Shown piece after piece: positions 50,027-62,418 of a stretch of DNA of 64,000 nucleotides. Position 1 is the first letter of the stretch. The number at the start of each line of letters is the position of its first letter. Source of the stretch: Patellaria atrata CBS 101060 (taxonomy: Eukaryota); NCBI GenBank assembly GCA_010093705.1, contig MU006094.1, positions 843,550 to 907,549 of the forward strand, given 5' to 3'. Position numbers and translations under genes: made by a program. The notes beneath the pieces are model-generated. The model did no database searches. It worked only from the letters and a program-made list of their open reading frames with translations, and had not been told where the DNA came from.

Positions 50027-52522
50027 CTAAACGCCCACAACACTAACCCAAATCTCCCCCACGCCCTCCTGCCTCACCCCAAGCAACCCCTTCGTAGCAA
50101 GCCCCAGCACATGCAAAAGCCCCTGCGCAGCAACGACATTCGAGTTCACCGCCGGGGGCAACAACTCCGCGAACCCGACCTCGCCATCCCTCGCACCTTC
50201 CGTCTGGATCCCTGCGCCCCGCTCCTCCAACCGCGCCTCAACGAACGAAAGGAAGTTCATCCCCTCGGCGTCCAGCGCGCTGCGCAACCACTGCGTCTCG
50301 CCCGCCGTCTGCGTGTCGACGTAAGCGGCGGGGCCGAAGGCTTCGAAGTCCTGCGTCGTGGGATCGTGTCGTTCACCTCTTTCGCCTTGGGGTCCGTCGC
50401 TGAAGAGGGGACCGCCGATATCATCGTCGTCGAGATCGCTGCCGAGGTATGTTAGGTCGCCCCTGCTGTGCCGGAGGAGGGGGCTCGCGCTGACGTATCT
50501 GCTCCGCGAGCTGGGACGGCCGAGGGTCGATGTCGCGGCGCCCGGAGGCAAAGTGGCGCGCAGGGAGGAGTTGCGCGTGGCGGAGAGGTTCCAGGGCATG
50601 CTGGAGGCGGGGTTAGAGGAGAGGGTGGAGAGGGCGGCGCGGGGGTGTTCGGGGTCCTGGTGTTGTTAGTTTTATTTTTCTCTTTTCTTTTCGATTGTGC
50701 TTGTGATTGTGACTCTGAGGGGAGTGGGTGGTGAATGAGGCAAGGTTGAGGGAGAAAAGGTGGGTGTATGGGAGACAGGGAGCTTACGAGATCCTCCATC
50801 TCAGGCGCAAAACCCTCATCCATATCTTCGACACCAGCGCGGCCGATCTCATCCGAGTGCTGTCCGTCGGATCGAGGACGCACGCGCCGCTCCGCATCTT
50901 CAGTTCCCGGTTCGGTATCGTCGTGCTCGCGCTTCCGTCCCACGACCGGAGCTCGCGAAACGCCCGTGATGGCCTCGAAGAGTGCGTCGCCGCAGAAACC
51001 TCTGAGGGGACCGGCGACCATGCCGGCTCCGAGACCGCGACCGATGCCTCCGATACCCGCGCCCCAGACCCAGAAATCGGCGTTCTTCTTCGCTTGCATG
51101 GCGAGCCTGTGGTGCAGTTTATGTTGGATCCCTTCCGCCATTGTCTGCGCGTATGTAGTGTTCCACCTTGCGATCTCCCTGCTGCGGAGTTCTTGGTTCG
51201 TATCGAGAGGAATGATGCGCGGTGCGCGTGGTCTGCGACGCATTGGCGCTTCAGCTGTATTCGTGGCCTCCAGTTCTTCGCCGGGGGCAGCGGATGGTGG
51301 TTTCTGTTCTTCGCGAGGAGGTGAACGATGGATGGTTGGAAAAGCCTCGCCTTCTGGGAGGGGAATACAGTCGTCTTCAAGAGGAAGATCAAAATCCATA
51401 CGTTCCCCAAGCTGCTGGTCTCATGGTCAAAAGCTTATTCATGTCTTAGGGACAAACAAGCAACTTACATCGAGCCCAGCCATTTGACCTTCCTCGTGTT
51501 CCCGTCTGACCCTGGAACTGGTTCCATCACTTCCCGGTACCGGCCTTGCAGTACCGACGGACGACTGTCGTGGCCCAGCTAATGGTGTCGTGAACTCCAG
51601 CAAGTTACCTTCGGCATCAAACTCGAAGTCTGCTTCCGGTAAGAGACCATCGTCCTCTTCGCGAGCAGAGAGGACGCTCCCGCCAAGCGGCTTACTTGCG
51701 CTTGTAAGGTGGTGGTCATCTCCCGAGATGATGAAGCCACCGATATCCGCTCCCGCAGCCGTGTCAGTGGAAGGGATAATTAAACCTCTGATCATCGCAT
51801 CTTCAGGTGTGCGCGGTGTATGTGGTGACTGGACGCTTGAGTTAGACGTCGAAGATACGTCTATTCCGGAGAGATCGAAGTCCATGAGAAGGTCGGGAAG
51901 GAAAGCTGGATCATCTTCGAGGACGAGTTGATCAGGTCTATGAGAGAATTAGTTAAGTAACAGAAGACGTGAAATCTGACTCACCGAGCACGACCAGTTT
52001 CGACATCCGTCTCCTCGGCGCTGACTACGCGTAGCATTTGTCGGATGTTGTTTTGTGTGGTCTGCGCATCTGATAGCACATATCCACATTGCTGATCATA
52101 GACACGGGAGACGCCAACACTAAGAGCGCATTAGCATAGAGATCCTTCAGCATTCGCGCTCAAGCTAAGTTAAATTGTCTCGTTTGAACGAGAACTCACA
52201 GCAGGTTACTTTGCAGGCGGAGGGCCATAGGCGCTTCTGGTGTCAAGATAGTCTCGCATGCTTTCGGCACATTGACATCGAGAATAGCTTTGCGATTGAC
52301 TTTCTTCAAACTCGACTTTGGGCCCAGAGTCGCGACGAGCCTTAAAGGGCTATTAGCTAAGAAGTCTCATTGGAGAAGAGACGAATCCACGACTTACCAA
52401 ACCGTAGCAACACCGTACTTTCGAGATGTGAGAACTAGTTTGAGGGTTAACGGGTTCAAGCTCGAACCAAACGCGTCACGTCACGTTTGGGTTGAATTCT
52501 TACCTTCGTGACTATAGAACAT
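50027..52522 (-). CDS. REC8: Meiotic cohesin kleisin Rec8 (Rad21/Rec8 family), multi-exon
   Basis: N-terminal MFYSHEVLTSRKYGVATVW|LVATLGPKSSLKKVNRKAILDVNVPKACETILTPEAPMALRLQSNLL|VGVSRVYDQQCGY and a C-terminal winged helix (FAELLPP..VAAQGLLHVLGLATKGLL). Confidence 0.9.
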
Positions 52523-52754
52523 GGCGAACTACTAAAGGTTGATGCAGATTACAATATTCTACGGAAGAGACGGAAGATAGAAGCCATAGAAGATTAAGAG
52601 ACAAATGTAACGCGAAAAAAGTAGGATAGATGAGAGCAATCGACAGAGTTAAAGAAATAAAGGAGCAGGAGAAGAAAACGGAAGAGCTTGAGGTAGACGA
52701 GGTCCCATCTGTGAAGAGCAGATATGCGGCACTTCTCGACGCGTCCTCACGCGT
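52471..52754. promoter_or_regulatory. MCB (ACGCGT) elements at the REC8 promoter and intron 1
   Basis: ACGCGT at 52739-52744, 52749-52754 and 52471-52476 (intron 1); ACGCGAAA at 52610-52617. Confidence 0.6.
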
Positions 52755-53042
52755 CTCAATCAAATTGGGAAAGAGCGCAACCGGGAGGGTGGCGAAGTGG
52801 ACGTAGAGTCATTCACAGAGCAAATTAGAGGGTATTTCGAGATTTTAAGGGGCATTCAGACCATATTAATTGACTGTTAGCTGCTACTTGCTAGGAGACG
52901 CTCAACGTACAAAGCCTCTATGCTCGCAGTCGCTACGCTCCTACCGCCATGCTAACTTGAAGTGCGCATCGTTATGCATTGCACGTATGTACCTAATGCT
53001 TCGGTGATCATCACATACCAAATAAACATGTTACTCTCTAAG

Positions 53043-54954
53043 CTATGCTTTTGAATTCTCATCCGCAGCTGGAAGTGGGACAGCGCGGTATAGAAGAATG
53101 AGAGCAGAGTGGCTTTGACCTATACCTTTATTAGAGAAAACACTCATTGTCGAGGAATTAGGACATTACTTACCACCGCCGGACAAGGTCTCAATTCTAT
53201 CATTGTCAACCTCTGTCACCTTGTCGTCGTTGAACCACCACCACTTCCCATCTTCCTCCTTTCTCTTTCCAGTTACTGGATCCTTGGGTCCCTGCTTCTT
53301 GATGAAAGAAGTATAATGTCCGCTATCAGCGCTGGCACCTTGGTGCGTGATGACGCCACGAAGCTCGTACAGTCCAGTCTGGTTTGCGCCCTCATCAGCA
53401 GCGAGTTCTAGGTTAACAAGTGTCAACAATTCCTTCTTTGCAGCAAGAATCGATGCCGCTTTCTCAGCATCGATTTGGGCGTCAGTTTTGTATTCGACAT
53501 CTACCATTTCTGTGTCTTCCGACTTCGATTTCGAGGCATCTTTCTTGCTGTCTCTCTTGTCTTTGTTAGCCTTGCTGCTTGACGCACTGGGCTCCATGTC
53601 ATTCTCTTGTCCCGCCCGCATGCGCTTCTGTCGCTTCTTTGCACGCTCAACATCCTCTTCTTCCTTCCTGATATCTCTGATTTTATCTCGGATGGGGACA
53701 AGCTTCTTCCTCATATCCTCAGTGCAAAACTCAACCACGTCGAGCTCATGTGGGAAGGTGACTTTTCGCATGATCTTAGCCTTCTTGTTGGTCGTTCTCC
53801 TCCAGTCGAAGCGCATGAAGTGCACCGGAAGGTATTTGGGCAGGCGAGCGATACGTGAGGTCTTGGTATAAAGAGCATCTCGACCAAGAGCTTCGGATCG
53901 CTTGTCGATCTGTTCCTTCAAACCCGCCGCTAACCCGTCTCTCAGGTGATTTGTGTCAGCATTGATATGGCAGTTGAGCTTGAAGAATGTGTCGGTCGTC
54001 TCAATAGGTTCCTCCCCTGCTTCCTTGGCGGCTGCTTCATCGCATTCCATCACGGACTCGAACTTTCCAGCCATATATTTATCGATGAAGGAGAGGTCAT
54101 CAGCTTGGCTGGATGACCCACCAGATGCACCTCCCTTCTTCAACTTATTCCGTAACTGTGAGATGATCTGTGACCAAGCCTCTTCAGCGTCCTGTTGCGC
54201 CCATCCGTTACCGTCTTTTGCTTTTTGCGCAAATTGTGGGAATGCCGTACGAAGAGCGTTGAGGAACATTAGGGGCGGAAACCCTTCTTGTGTTTCGGCC
54301 AGCTGTTTAAGAAGATCGCGTAGAGATGCTGTGAGATCCGTGCTAGCACCAATGCCACCTAATCCAAATTGACTCAGATTGGCCGCACCGCTTGAGCTCG
54401 ATTCACTGTTGAGACAGGATAGTCAGCTCTGTTGTCCCTATCCCGAATCAATGTGGAGAATAACATACCTTGGCGTATAGCTTTGGAGCTCATCGTACAG
54501 CTCGGGGATAGCCCTAAGTGTCTGCAATGTAGCATTCATGTAACATGTATTTCCTAAATTCTGTAAACCAGCCGGTATAGCGCCTTCCGTCTGTGCCTGC
54601 TCAGCCTCCGTCATATCCTCTAAGAATTTGACTGCTTGTTCGGGTTTTGCTAATGCTTGGAGGCCCTCAGCCGAAGGTGTACCCATCATCATGAATACTT
54701 GGTTAGGCTTTGCTTTCAGTGCGGAAAGTTCGGTGTCATCTTTCAGTTGTCCTCCTTTGACCAGGACTTTCATACGTTCGGGTTCGACGCCAGTAAGAGA
54801 GTAGAGCTGGAATTTGAAGGTCTCCCCGGTGGTCGTGGGGTCAAGCTCGACCTCATACTTTTTACCCTGATGCTTGACGATGACTGAAAATCGTATAAGT
54901 TAGTATATGCCGAGCTGTCAAGAGGGTGGACTACTGGCCAGGTATAGGATCCAT
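53043..54954 (-). CDS. UBP6: Proteasome-associated deubiquitinase Ubp6/USP14; 4 exons, first intron GC-AG
   Basis: UBL domain (VIVKHQGKKY..FKFQLYSLTGVEPERMKVLVKGGQLKDD), Cys box GLQNLGNTCYMNATLQ, QQDAEE, His box HQGASADSGHY, WWWFNDDKV and GGGQSHSALILLY. Confidence 0.96.
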
Positions 54955-55448
54955 GATGGAAAGCTTGTGGTACAGATGCTGGGGTGCTGGAAGCTCAATA
55001 TAATTAATTAGTTGAATGAGGGAATGTTTGAGCGCTGACTGCGTGCTGCTGGTACCATACGTTGTGGTCTGTGGGGCAAGTTCGAGACTGGATGAAGTAC
55101 GATTGAAGAGATATTTTGTTTCTGAAAGCTTAGGAAGCTTCAACTACTCGAGGCCGCTAAATTCTATGAAACGGAAGCTTACAGAACGTCGTGGATATGA
55201 ATGTTTGTAGCGTCCGATAATGGAGTTTACACAACGCGGTGAGTGGTGGCGGAGATGACGAGAATACTAGGCATGTTTGCATCTGTTTGTTAGTGCGGGG
55301 CGGGCGGAGAAAGACGCGCACCGAATGGTGATCAATTTAGACCTCAGATCTATGCTAGTGTCATGTGTGAGGTATAAGGATTCAGATACTCGAGGCATAA
55401 TAAAGTTTCCATAGAACTTTGAAGTAGAAATTCTGGGCCCCCATAGTC

Positions 55449-56213
55449 ATGGTAAATCTCAAATACCTCAAATTGAGGAAACTATTCAAATATGATGCTG
55501 ATATTGACAAAAAAAGTCCCAATCATTACGGCCATACCTCCAATGTGTACGGTCGTCACTCACAGCGGCGTTGTCATTATCAAATTTTGCATCCCAAACG
55601 TCAGAACGACATAATGTTCCTGAGATCGAAGCTGCTAGTTCACCAGAGGTTCTATTAAATCCACTTACCGTATCCCGCAATGAGAATGAGAGGGTCTTTA
55701 TAGAGCCAAGTATCAACAGCGTTCGAATCAGTATCAAGATCAAACAAGCCGATGAGATTGAGAATATCCTCGTACACAAGTTTACGCGGTTCTTGACTCA
55801 GAGAGCAGAAGCATTTTTCATTCTCCGCCGGAAGCCGGTCAAGGCATGTTACTCAGTGCTCACTAGGTTTCTAACCTCTTTACGTATGACTGACTCTCCT
55901 CACTTAGGGTTATGATATTTCCTTTCTGATCACCAACTTTCATACCGAAGAGATGCTGAAGCACAAGCTGGTGGATTTCATTATTCAGTTTATGGAGGAA
56001 GTCGATAAAGAAATATCCGAAATGAAGCTTTTCGTAAGTTAATCAAAGACATGAAATCTTGTTCACCTTATATATACTTTCATATATGAGTAATTCTAAT
56101 CACTGAGTAGTTAAACGCTCGAGCACGGTTCGTGGCCGAGTCATTCCTGACACCGGTATGTCCAATTGGAACACTTTATCTATACTGTGCTAATTGACTA
56201 ATAGTTCGATTGA
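55449..56213 (+). CDS. ARC19: Arp2/3 complex 20 kDa subunit (ARPC4/Arc19); 5 exons (55449-55451, 55517-55843, 55908-56033, 56111-56155, 56205-56213)
   Basis: [39 protein letters not shown]...[65 protein letters not shown]. Confidence 0.97.
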
Positions 56214-59200
56214 AATTCTTTCAGATTCAGAACTGTAGTTTCTTTATAGCACCCTATCTACTATGCATGAAGATTCAGAGAAGAGCATGGCGGTCTAGGT
56301 TTATGGTTAGATATCGGCTGCTGGTCGCCACGATGAGATGAGGATGGTGAACCACTATCCATAACGACCCAAAATTCATATAGACTGTTGGCCTAGTATC
56401 GGATAGAATGAGAACCAATCTCTACACTTAAAGACCTTTTTTTTTTGCCGTCATTGTCCTGTGATACTTGATCATGAGGTCAAATATATCTCGCTCGGCC
56501 TGATATCATGATTGTGTCCTTGGTCCTGTTCAATATATACTGTACCTGTCTTAAGATGATTTATTTTCGATCTGACGATTTCTCCTTGTAGACACCCCTA
56601 TTATTACAATACCATCTCTCTATCTTTGTTTTTGAATTCGCCCGTCTTCCGAATAGCATGCTGTAAGAGCTATTTTCGACTAGTTGTCATGCTTAAAAGC
56701 TTTAGGAATGTATGCAGGCAATATCTCCTACAGTGAAAGGGAGTTATGATTAATTACTACTCCAATAGTATGAATCCATTGATGCAGCACTCTTTGAAGA
56801 CTTATCTCTGGAGCTTGTGGGTTCTGTCCGAACCGTAGCTCTGACACCGGAACGCTGTTTAGACAAATAAACTAGCCGTATGGAGGTTTCCGGAAGCGTT
56901 AAGAACGAAACCGGAATGCTAGTGATACTCAAGGAATGGAAGCAGTCTCAAGAATTTATTGTGTGGGTGATGGACGTCGTGCAAACTATGTTCGTTGTGA
57001 TAGAAAATTTATCAGCAAGATAGTTGCAGTATATAATCTTCATTGAATAAGGATTTATTTGTTTCGTTTCAGGAGACCGTGTCCTGTTCCACTCCATTTC
57101 TGTACAGTAGAAAATCCTCAACTAATAAAATATGGCTAATGCAGTACACCTATGCAAGTATCGTATAGTCAGTTTCACAATACACCCCTAACAATGAGAA
57201 AGGGGCGAATAATTGATTCCCCTGATGTGAGATCCTCAAGGATACAGGTGAACATAATTGTTCAGCTAGATGTAGTGAAATGTACGAAGATTTGGCTAAT
57301 GGTAGGCAACGCAGAATAGGTACCTTAGCACTTAATGAACGGATGTTCCAATTTGATGTAAGGTGGCCCAATTGTGATTATGGCGATCTCGAGTAATTCA
57401 GTAACACCGGTGCTTTTAGACAAAAATGAGCGCTGTCGTACGACATCCGTAGACTCTATGAGTATTAGCGTACATTGAAATGATGTTGCCTTGAAAACCG
57501 ACCCAGCTGGATGTGGTACGGGTAAATGTAGATGCTGGGGAAGGATTTAAGTCATTTACGCTCTTCGATGACCGGAGGAGCTCAGGGTCGGACTACAAGA
57601 TGAAGTAAAGGAAAGGATGATCAGTTCGCTACCGAAGAATGGTCAGATCTGCTCAGCGCTAGTGATTAACCATAACTTTATGGTTATCTTTTGCACGCCA
57701 TGTGGAAGGGGCCGTTCTGGTAACACCGCGACGGAGTCGTTGGAGCGTATCTTAGGCCCATACGGCTGTAGGCAGCAGAGTTGTATTAGTCGTGATAGGC
57801 TACTGAACGTCCGAAACACTGGATATTGTTAAAAAGCTCCAGTCAGCCTCATATGCGGCTGAGACATTTTGGGGAGGGCAGACGTTAAAAGTGAATGATC
57901 AACGAACGAGCGACACGATACTTTAGGGTGATTGGCATCCAACCCCTGGAGTACCTGTCAGAAAACATGCTTATATTTAAAGTTAAGCTGTGTTACGGCG
58001 ATCCCGCTGGGTGAAGCTCTAGGTAGCTTGGTTAAACTTCTTATGGCGAAGCGCCAATGAAAAGGGAGGGAAGGTCTCCGGCAGGCATGTTGGCTCCATC
58101 ATCAGCTCAGTTGATCTTTTGCAAGAGCCCCAAGTGACGTCTTGTGTGCTTGTGTGGTGAGCTCGCTCCGGGGAAGCCAAGCCGACTCAGCCTCACACAC
58201 TTGCAAGCGAAGAGCCTCAAGATAGAACGACGCACTCCAAAAGGGAACCAGGGGAACTCTTGCGGCTGAGGCTTTTCGTAGAGCAGAGTAGATATCGACG
58301 GTATTCTACGGTTACCTTACATTACCTTACCTACAATTGCCGAAGATAACCCCAATATATGATTATATGGTTGATGGGGGTTTGAGTAACGTGAGAAGCC
58401 GGAAAGATTTCATGCCGACGGGTTGTGTAACTGGAACGGAGCATATGGCGATTGTTACACTCGTATATTGTGCATCGGGCAAGCAAACGTGAGATTTGAG
58501 CGCTACCTCACATCTTCATTGTTGTCATGCTAAGGAACGGGCGCGAGGTCAACCTAAGCCTTTGGCTGTGGCTCCGGTGGCTCGGTGGGTAGAACCTGAA
58601 CTAGAACTATTTGGGTGCTTGGCGGTCAGCACCAGCCTCAGCTTCAACCTCCGAACCTCAGCCTTTACCCCTGGCTGTCAACGTCAGTGGAGAGTAGAGT
58701 AACCTTCAGAGCATTTAGACTCAGCGATTAGGTTTCTACACAAGCTTTTCAGACGTTCGATCTCTGAGAGCGTGTTTCTAATCTAGACAACTTCTGGATT
58801 TTCTGACTAACGGACGTCGTTGGCCCCATAATAGCATCCCAAGCCAAGAATGAATAGTAAACAAGACTGTGATTGGTTCCCCTTCGAGCTGGATCTAGAA
58901 AATATGATCCAAAATTTACTTTTCTTAGCCACATAATCACCAATAGAACGTTGTATGTTCCCTTCCAAGCTGACCGATACCTCCGCGACGTCAACCGTTG
59001 GAAATGCCCCCCACGTTGGATGGAGGCATACCGAACCTAAGCTCTTGTCTAGGTCCCGGATGTCCTCATGTGGCGCCAATTCCTCGTGGTTCTTATGTTC
59101 TAGGCAGATATCCAAGAGGGGGCAATGTACCTTTTCCACCTAGCTGGTGCGACCTGAATTCACAGAGAGACTACTCCTATAATACCTTTTGCATTTTCTA

Positions 59201-59583
59201 ACTCCACTAACAGGGGCTAATTGTTTTCCATTTCCTAAGATCTACCAATCAGGAAATGATTCCACTAGGTTGATAGTAATTGAACATTCTACTTTTCTTT
59301 CCAGTTACTTTTCCGTATGACTGTATCAGCTCCACCGTTCTCAAGTCCTGGACGAAATGTTTCTCGGATCTACGCACATATCTCGAGTTATTCTGTTTGT
59401 GGCTTCGGCGTAAATTCCATTTTAACACTAGTAGAGGCTCTACCTCATCATACCCTTCCAGCTTTCCCTTAACCATTTCTCTATTGGCGGATAACGAGTT
59501 TCAAAGCTAGTTCAACACAGCGAACTGATCTTACATATTAAGAACCAGCATATGGCCATATAAAGACTTCGTTGTCTCATACA

Positions 59584-60773
59584 ATGGATCAGCAGCATCA
59601 AGACACAACTACGATAAGTTCGGAGTCTTCAGTAGGCTCAACGACATCTCCGCGAATTCATATACCCTCGTCAAGTTACCTTACAGTACCAAACAATCCT
59701 CCTCGACGCCTCCGTTCTTCCTCTTTACCTCCTGGCCCACATACTCTACATCTTCCAACACGCAGTACTCAATCGCAGCCTTCAACGTCTCCTACTATCG
59801 TCGGCGCACCATTTCCTATCCTTCTATCACAACCCGTAGCGCATGACCCTCCAGACCTATTTAGTTATAGTGATCCAACAACCCCCATTGCTCTCACCGA
59901 GCAACTTTTACAAGACACAGCATTAAGGCGAGAGCTACCCTTCATGTCTGTTTACTCGACGTCATCTGTGGATTCGGATTTCAGCAACCCCCCAGCTAGA
60001 GTATACAAACTTCCGTCATTCGCAGATATGAGTGACCGTAGGAGTATTAGTGAGGTAAGCTTCACTGATCCATGCTCCACCCTCAGAAATATGTATTTTG
60101 TGAAATATTCTACAAGTTAAGATTGCTGACAGCTAGCTAGTCGGAAAAGCATCAGCTTGTGCAATCGTTGAATTCGCACCGTGTGAACACACTTGTCGAG
60201 CTACGAAGAATCGAAAAGATCTTCGCTAGTCTAGGGTCTCCTGATGTAACTGGACCTATGACAGCAGCCTGTATGTTGTTCTTACTCTGTCCTGCTTACG
60301 TACTAATAGCTTTCAGGGTCTTATTACGTCAACAGCCACAGTCTATTGACAGAACTACGGAATCTTACCAAGAATTATCCTTTTAGGTAAAGCATACAAA
60401 GTTCGAAATAGTGGTAAATTAGAACGCTAACATTTCTTTACAGCTCCGAGTGCCTTGATGAAGCGAAACGACGAGTATACTCTGATCCTGAAAGTAATAA
60501 AAGCTGGAATCTCTGTTGGCTTGTGCTATCAAAACTACAAAATGAGTACGTCTCTACGAAAAATACGCTTATCTTCTCAACACAATAATTCTGACATTCT
60601 GTAGCCAACTCATTAGATATTATGCACATTATCAAGCCTCTCAACCACAGATGTGGGGGGGCCAGATCCCCACTGCTGATGGTGTGCAACGCCTGAGCGA
60701 CGCCTTTTACAACGAATGGAACTGGGCTGCAAGCGAAATGCTGCGACACTGGGATGTACCTCCTTGCGTTTGA
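59584..60773 (+). CDS. Conserved hypothetical fungal protein; 5 exons, start codon uncertain
   Basis: Four GT-AG introns (donors at about 60055, 60271, 60387, 60546) splice in frame to give ..SHRVNTLVELRRIEKIFA..MTAAWSYYVNSHSLLTELRNLTKNYPFSSECLDEAKRRVYSDPESNKSWNLCWLVL..MWGG..EWNWAASEMLRHWDVPP. Confidence 0.8.
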
Positions 60774-61638
60774 GATCCTCATGTGCGCCCTTTGAATTTA
60801 ACTGAAAAGCGTTGCTTTGCTGCATGAACCGATGAGCGTTTGATTAGTCTCATTTCAGGGGTATAATGGGGATTGAGGCGCTGCTTAGAGGTATGGAGTT
60901 GAAGCATGGCAGATTTATCTTCTAATTCTTCTTTCGGGCTTTACTTGTTGATTGAGATTGTAAGCTCAGAGCTGGATCTCAGGCCTCTTGGTAATGGTTT
61001 CTTTCTTGGTTTTTTGTCTTGTTCTAACACCTTTACATTATTGATACCTTTCTTAGATAGACTTATTCGTTTTGTTTGTTCGAAGATACCATATATTCTG
61101 CTCCGCGATCTTATATATGAAGAGTATGAGGGTTTTTTTTTCTTATAAATCAATACCCAGGAAGAGGCGCATGAACAACTACACAATACATGAAAGACGG
61201 CATTGTAATAGGGTGTATCCTATAAGATAAGCTAAGAATGAAAGCATATGAAATCGATACTGACTACGTCTACGACAAAGATTTACTTACTCCTCCCAAG
61301 GATCAATAAGATGGAGCGCATAGATGGTGATAAGAAGGGCTGATTTGATCGCTTGATTTATAGAAGATATGCATGACCATCTATCTTCTTCCTTTCGCCC
61401 GCTTCATCCTCTATAACACCTCAAAGTAAGTAATGAAGGAATGCTGAACATGAAGTTGAATTTGAGGTCTGTGCCAAGCATGGAGTCGGCTTAAAGTTAA
61501 ATTAAAGTTAATTCTATCTTTAGAACTAACTTCACGGAGGGCCCGAAGCTGTACCTGGAGTTCATCAGCGAACGTCTGATCGTTATTAGGGGGAACTCTC
61601 ATAAAACAATCGCCTTCTGCATTGTCCCTTTCTATGCT

Positions 61639-62418
61639 ATGTTCCAGACATCCCTCACAGCTTGGCTGAACAAGCCAAAGACTGTTAAAGAGCCCCCCCC
61701 AAATTTAATACCATTAACAACAAATGTAAACATTCTCATAGCTAATGGTCCACAGAACATCAAAGCAGCACCTCCCAGGCAGGATGATATAATCTCATGT
61801 CCGAAATCGCCCCGTAAACATGTACCATCATTCGGGAAGCTCAATGCTCTGCCATCGAACGTCACACTCGAACACCTAACGCCAGAAACCCTGCCCGCCT
61901 TCAAACGCCTCAACGCTCTCCTCCTCCCAATCCCATACCCTCAAAAGTTCTACGATGAAATCTTCTCCGATCCCATAACAGCTGGAATCACACTAATGGC
62001 ACTCTGGCATTCCAAACCATCTACCGCCTCCATGTCATCCCCCTCCGAACCTTCAACCTCCAAGCCTACGCTCGTCGCCGCGATCCGGTGTCGCATTCTC
62101 CCCACCGAGTCAAAACCGACCCTCTACATCTCGACTATTGGCATCCTCTCACCTTACCGCTCTCATGGTCTAGCAACTCATCTTCTTTCACGCGTGTTGT
62201 CGCATGCGATTGAGGAGTACGATGTTGGGACAGTGAGCGCACATGTGTGGGAGGCGAATGCGGAGGGTAGGGAGTGGTATCGGAAGCGCGGATTTGAGGA
62301 GGTAGAGTGGGAGGAGGGGTATTATCGAAGGCTGAAACCGAACACGGCTATTAGGGTAGAGAGACGGGTGGGTGTAGGGGATTTGTTGATGACAGCGAGA
62401 GAGGAGAGTGAGGGTTGA
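61639..62418 (+). CDS. GNAT N-acetyltransferase, Naa50/Nat5-like
   Basis: FKRLNALLLPIPYPQKFY, LYISTIGILSPYRSHGLATHLL (motif A), and AHVWEANAEGREWYRKRGF (motif B). Confidence 0.88.
   Translation: MFQTSLTAWLNKPKTVKEPPPNLIPLTTNVNILIANGPQNIKAAPPRQDDIISCPKSPRKHVPSFGKLNALPSNVTLEHLTPETLPAFKRLNALLLPIPYPQKFYDEIFSDPITAGITLMALWHSKPSTASMSSPSEPSTSKPTLVAAIRCRILPTESKPTLYISTIGILSPYRSHGLATHLLSRVLSHAIEEYDVGTVSAHVWEANAEGREWYRKRGFEEVEWEEGYYRRLKPNTAIRVERRVGVGDLLMTAREESEG

Noticed and set aside
56300..59500. Short ORFs such as 58807-59139 and 59249-59476 (minus strand)
   Set aside because: No recognisable domain or reliable splice model; treated as intergenic or eroded sequence.
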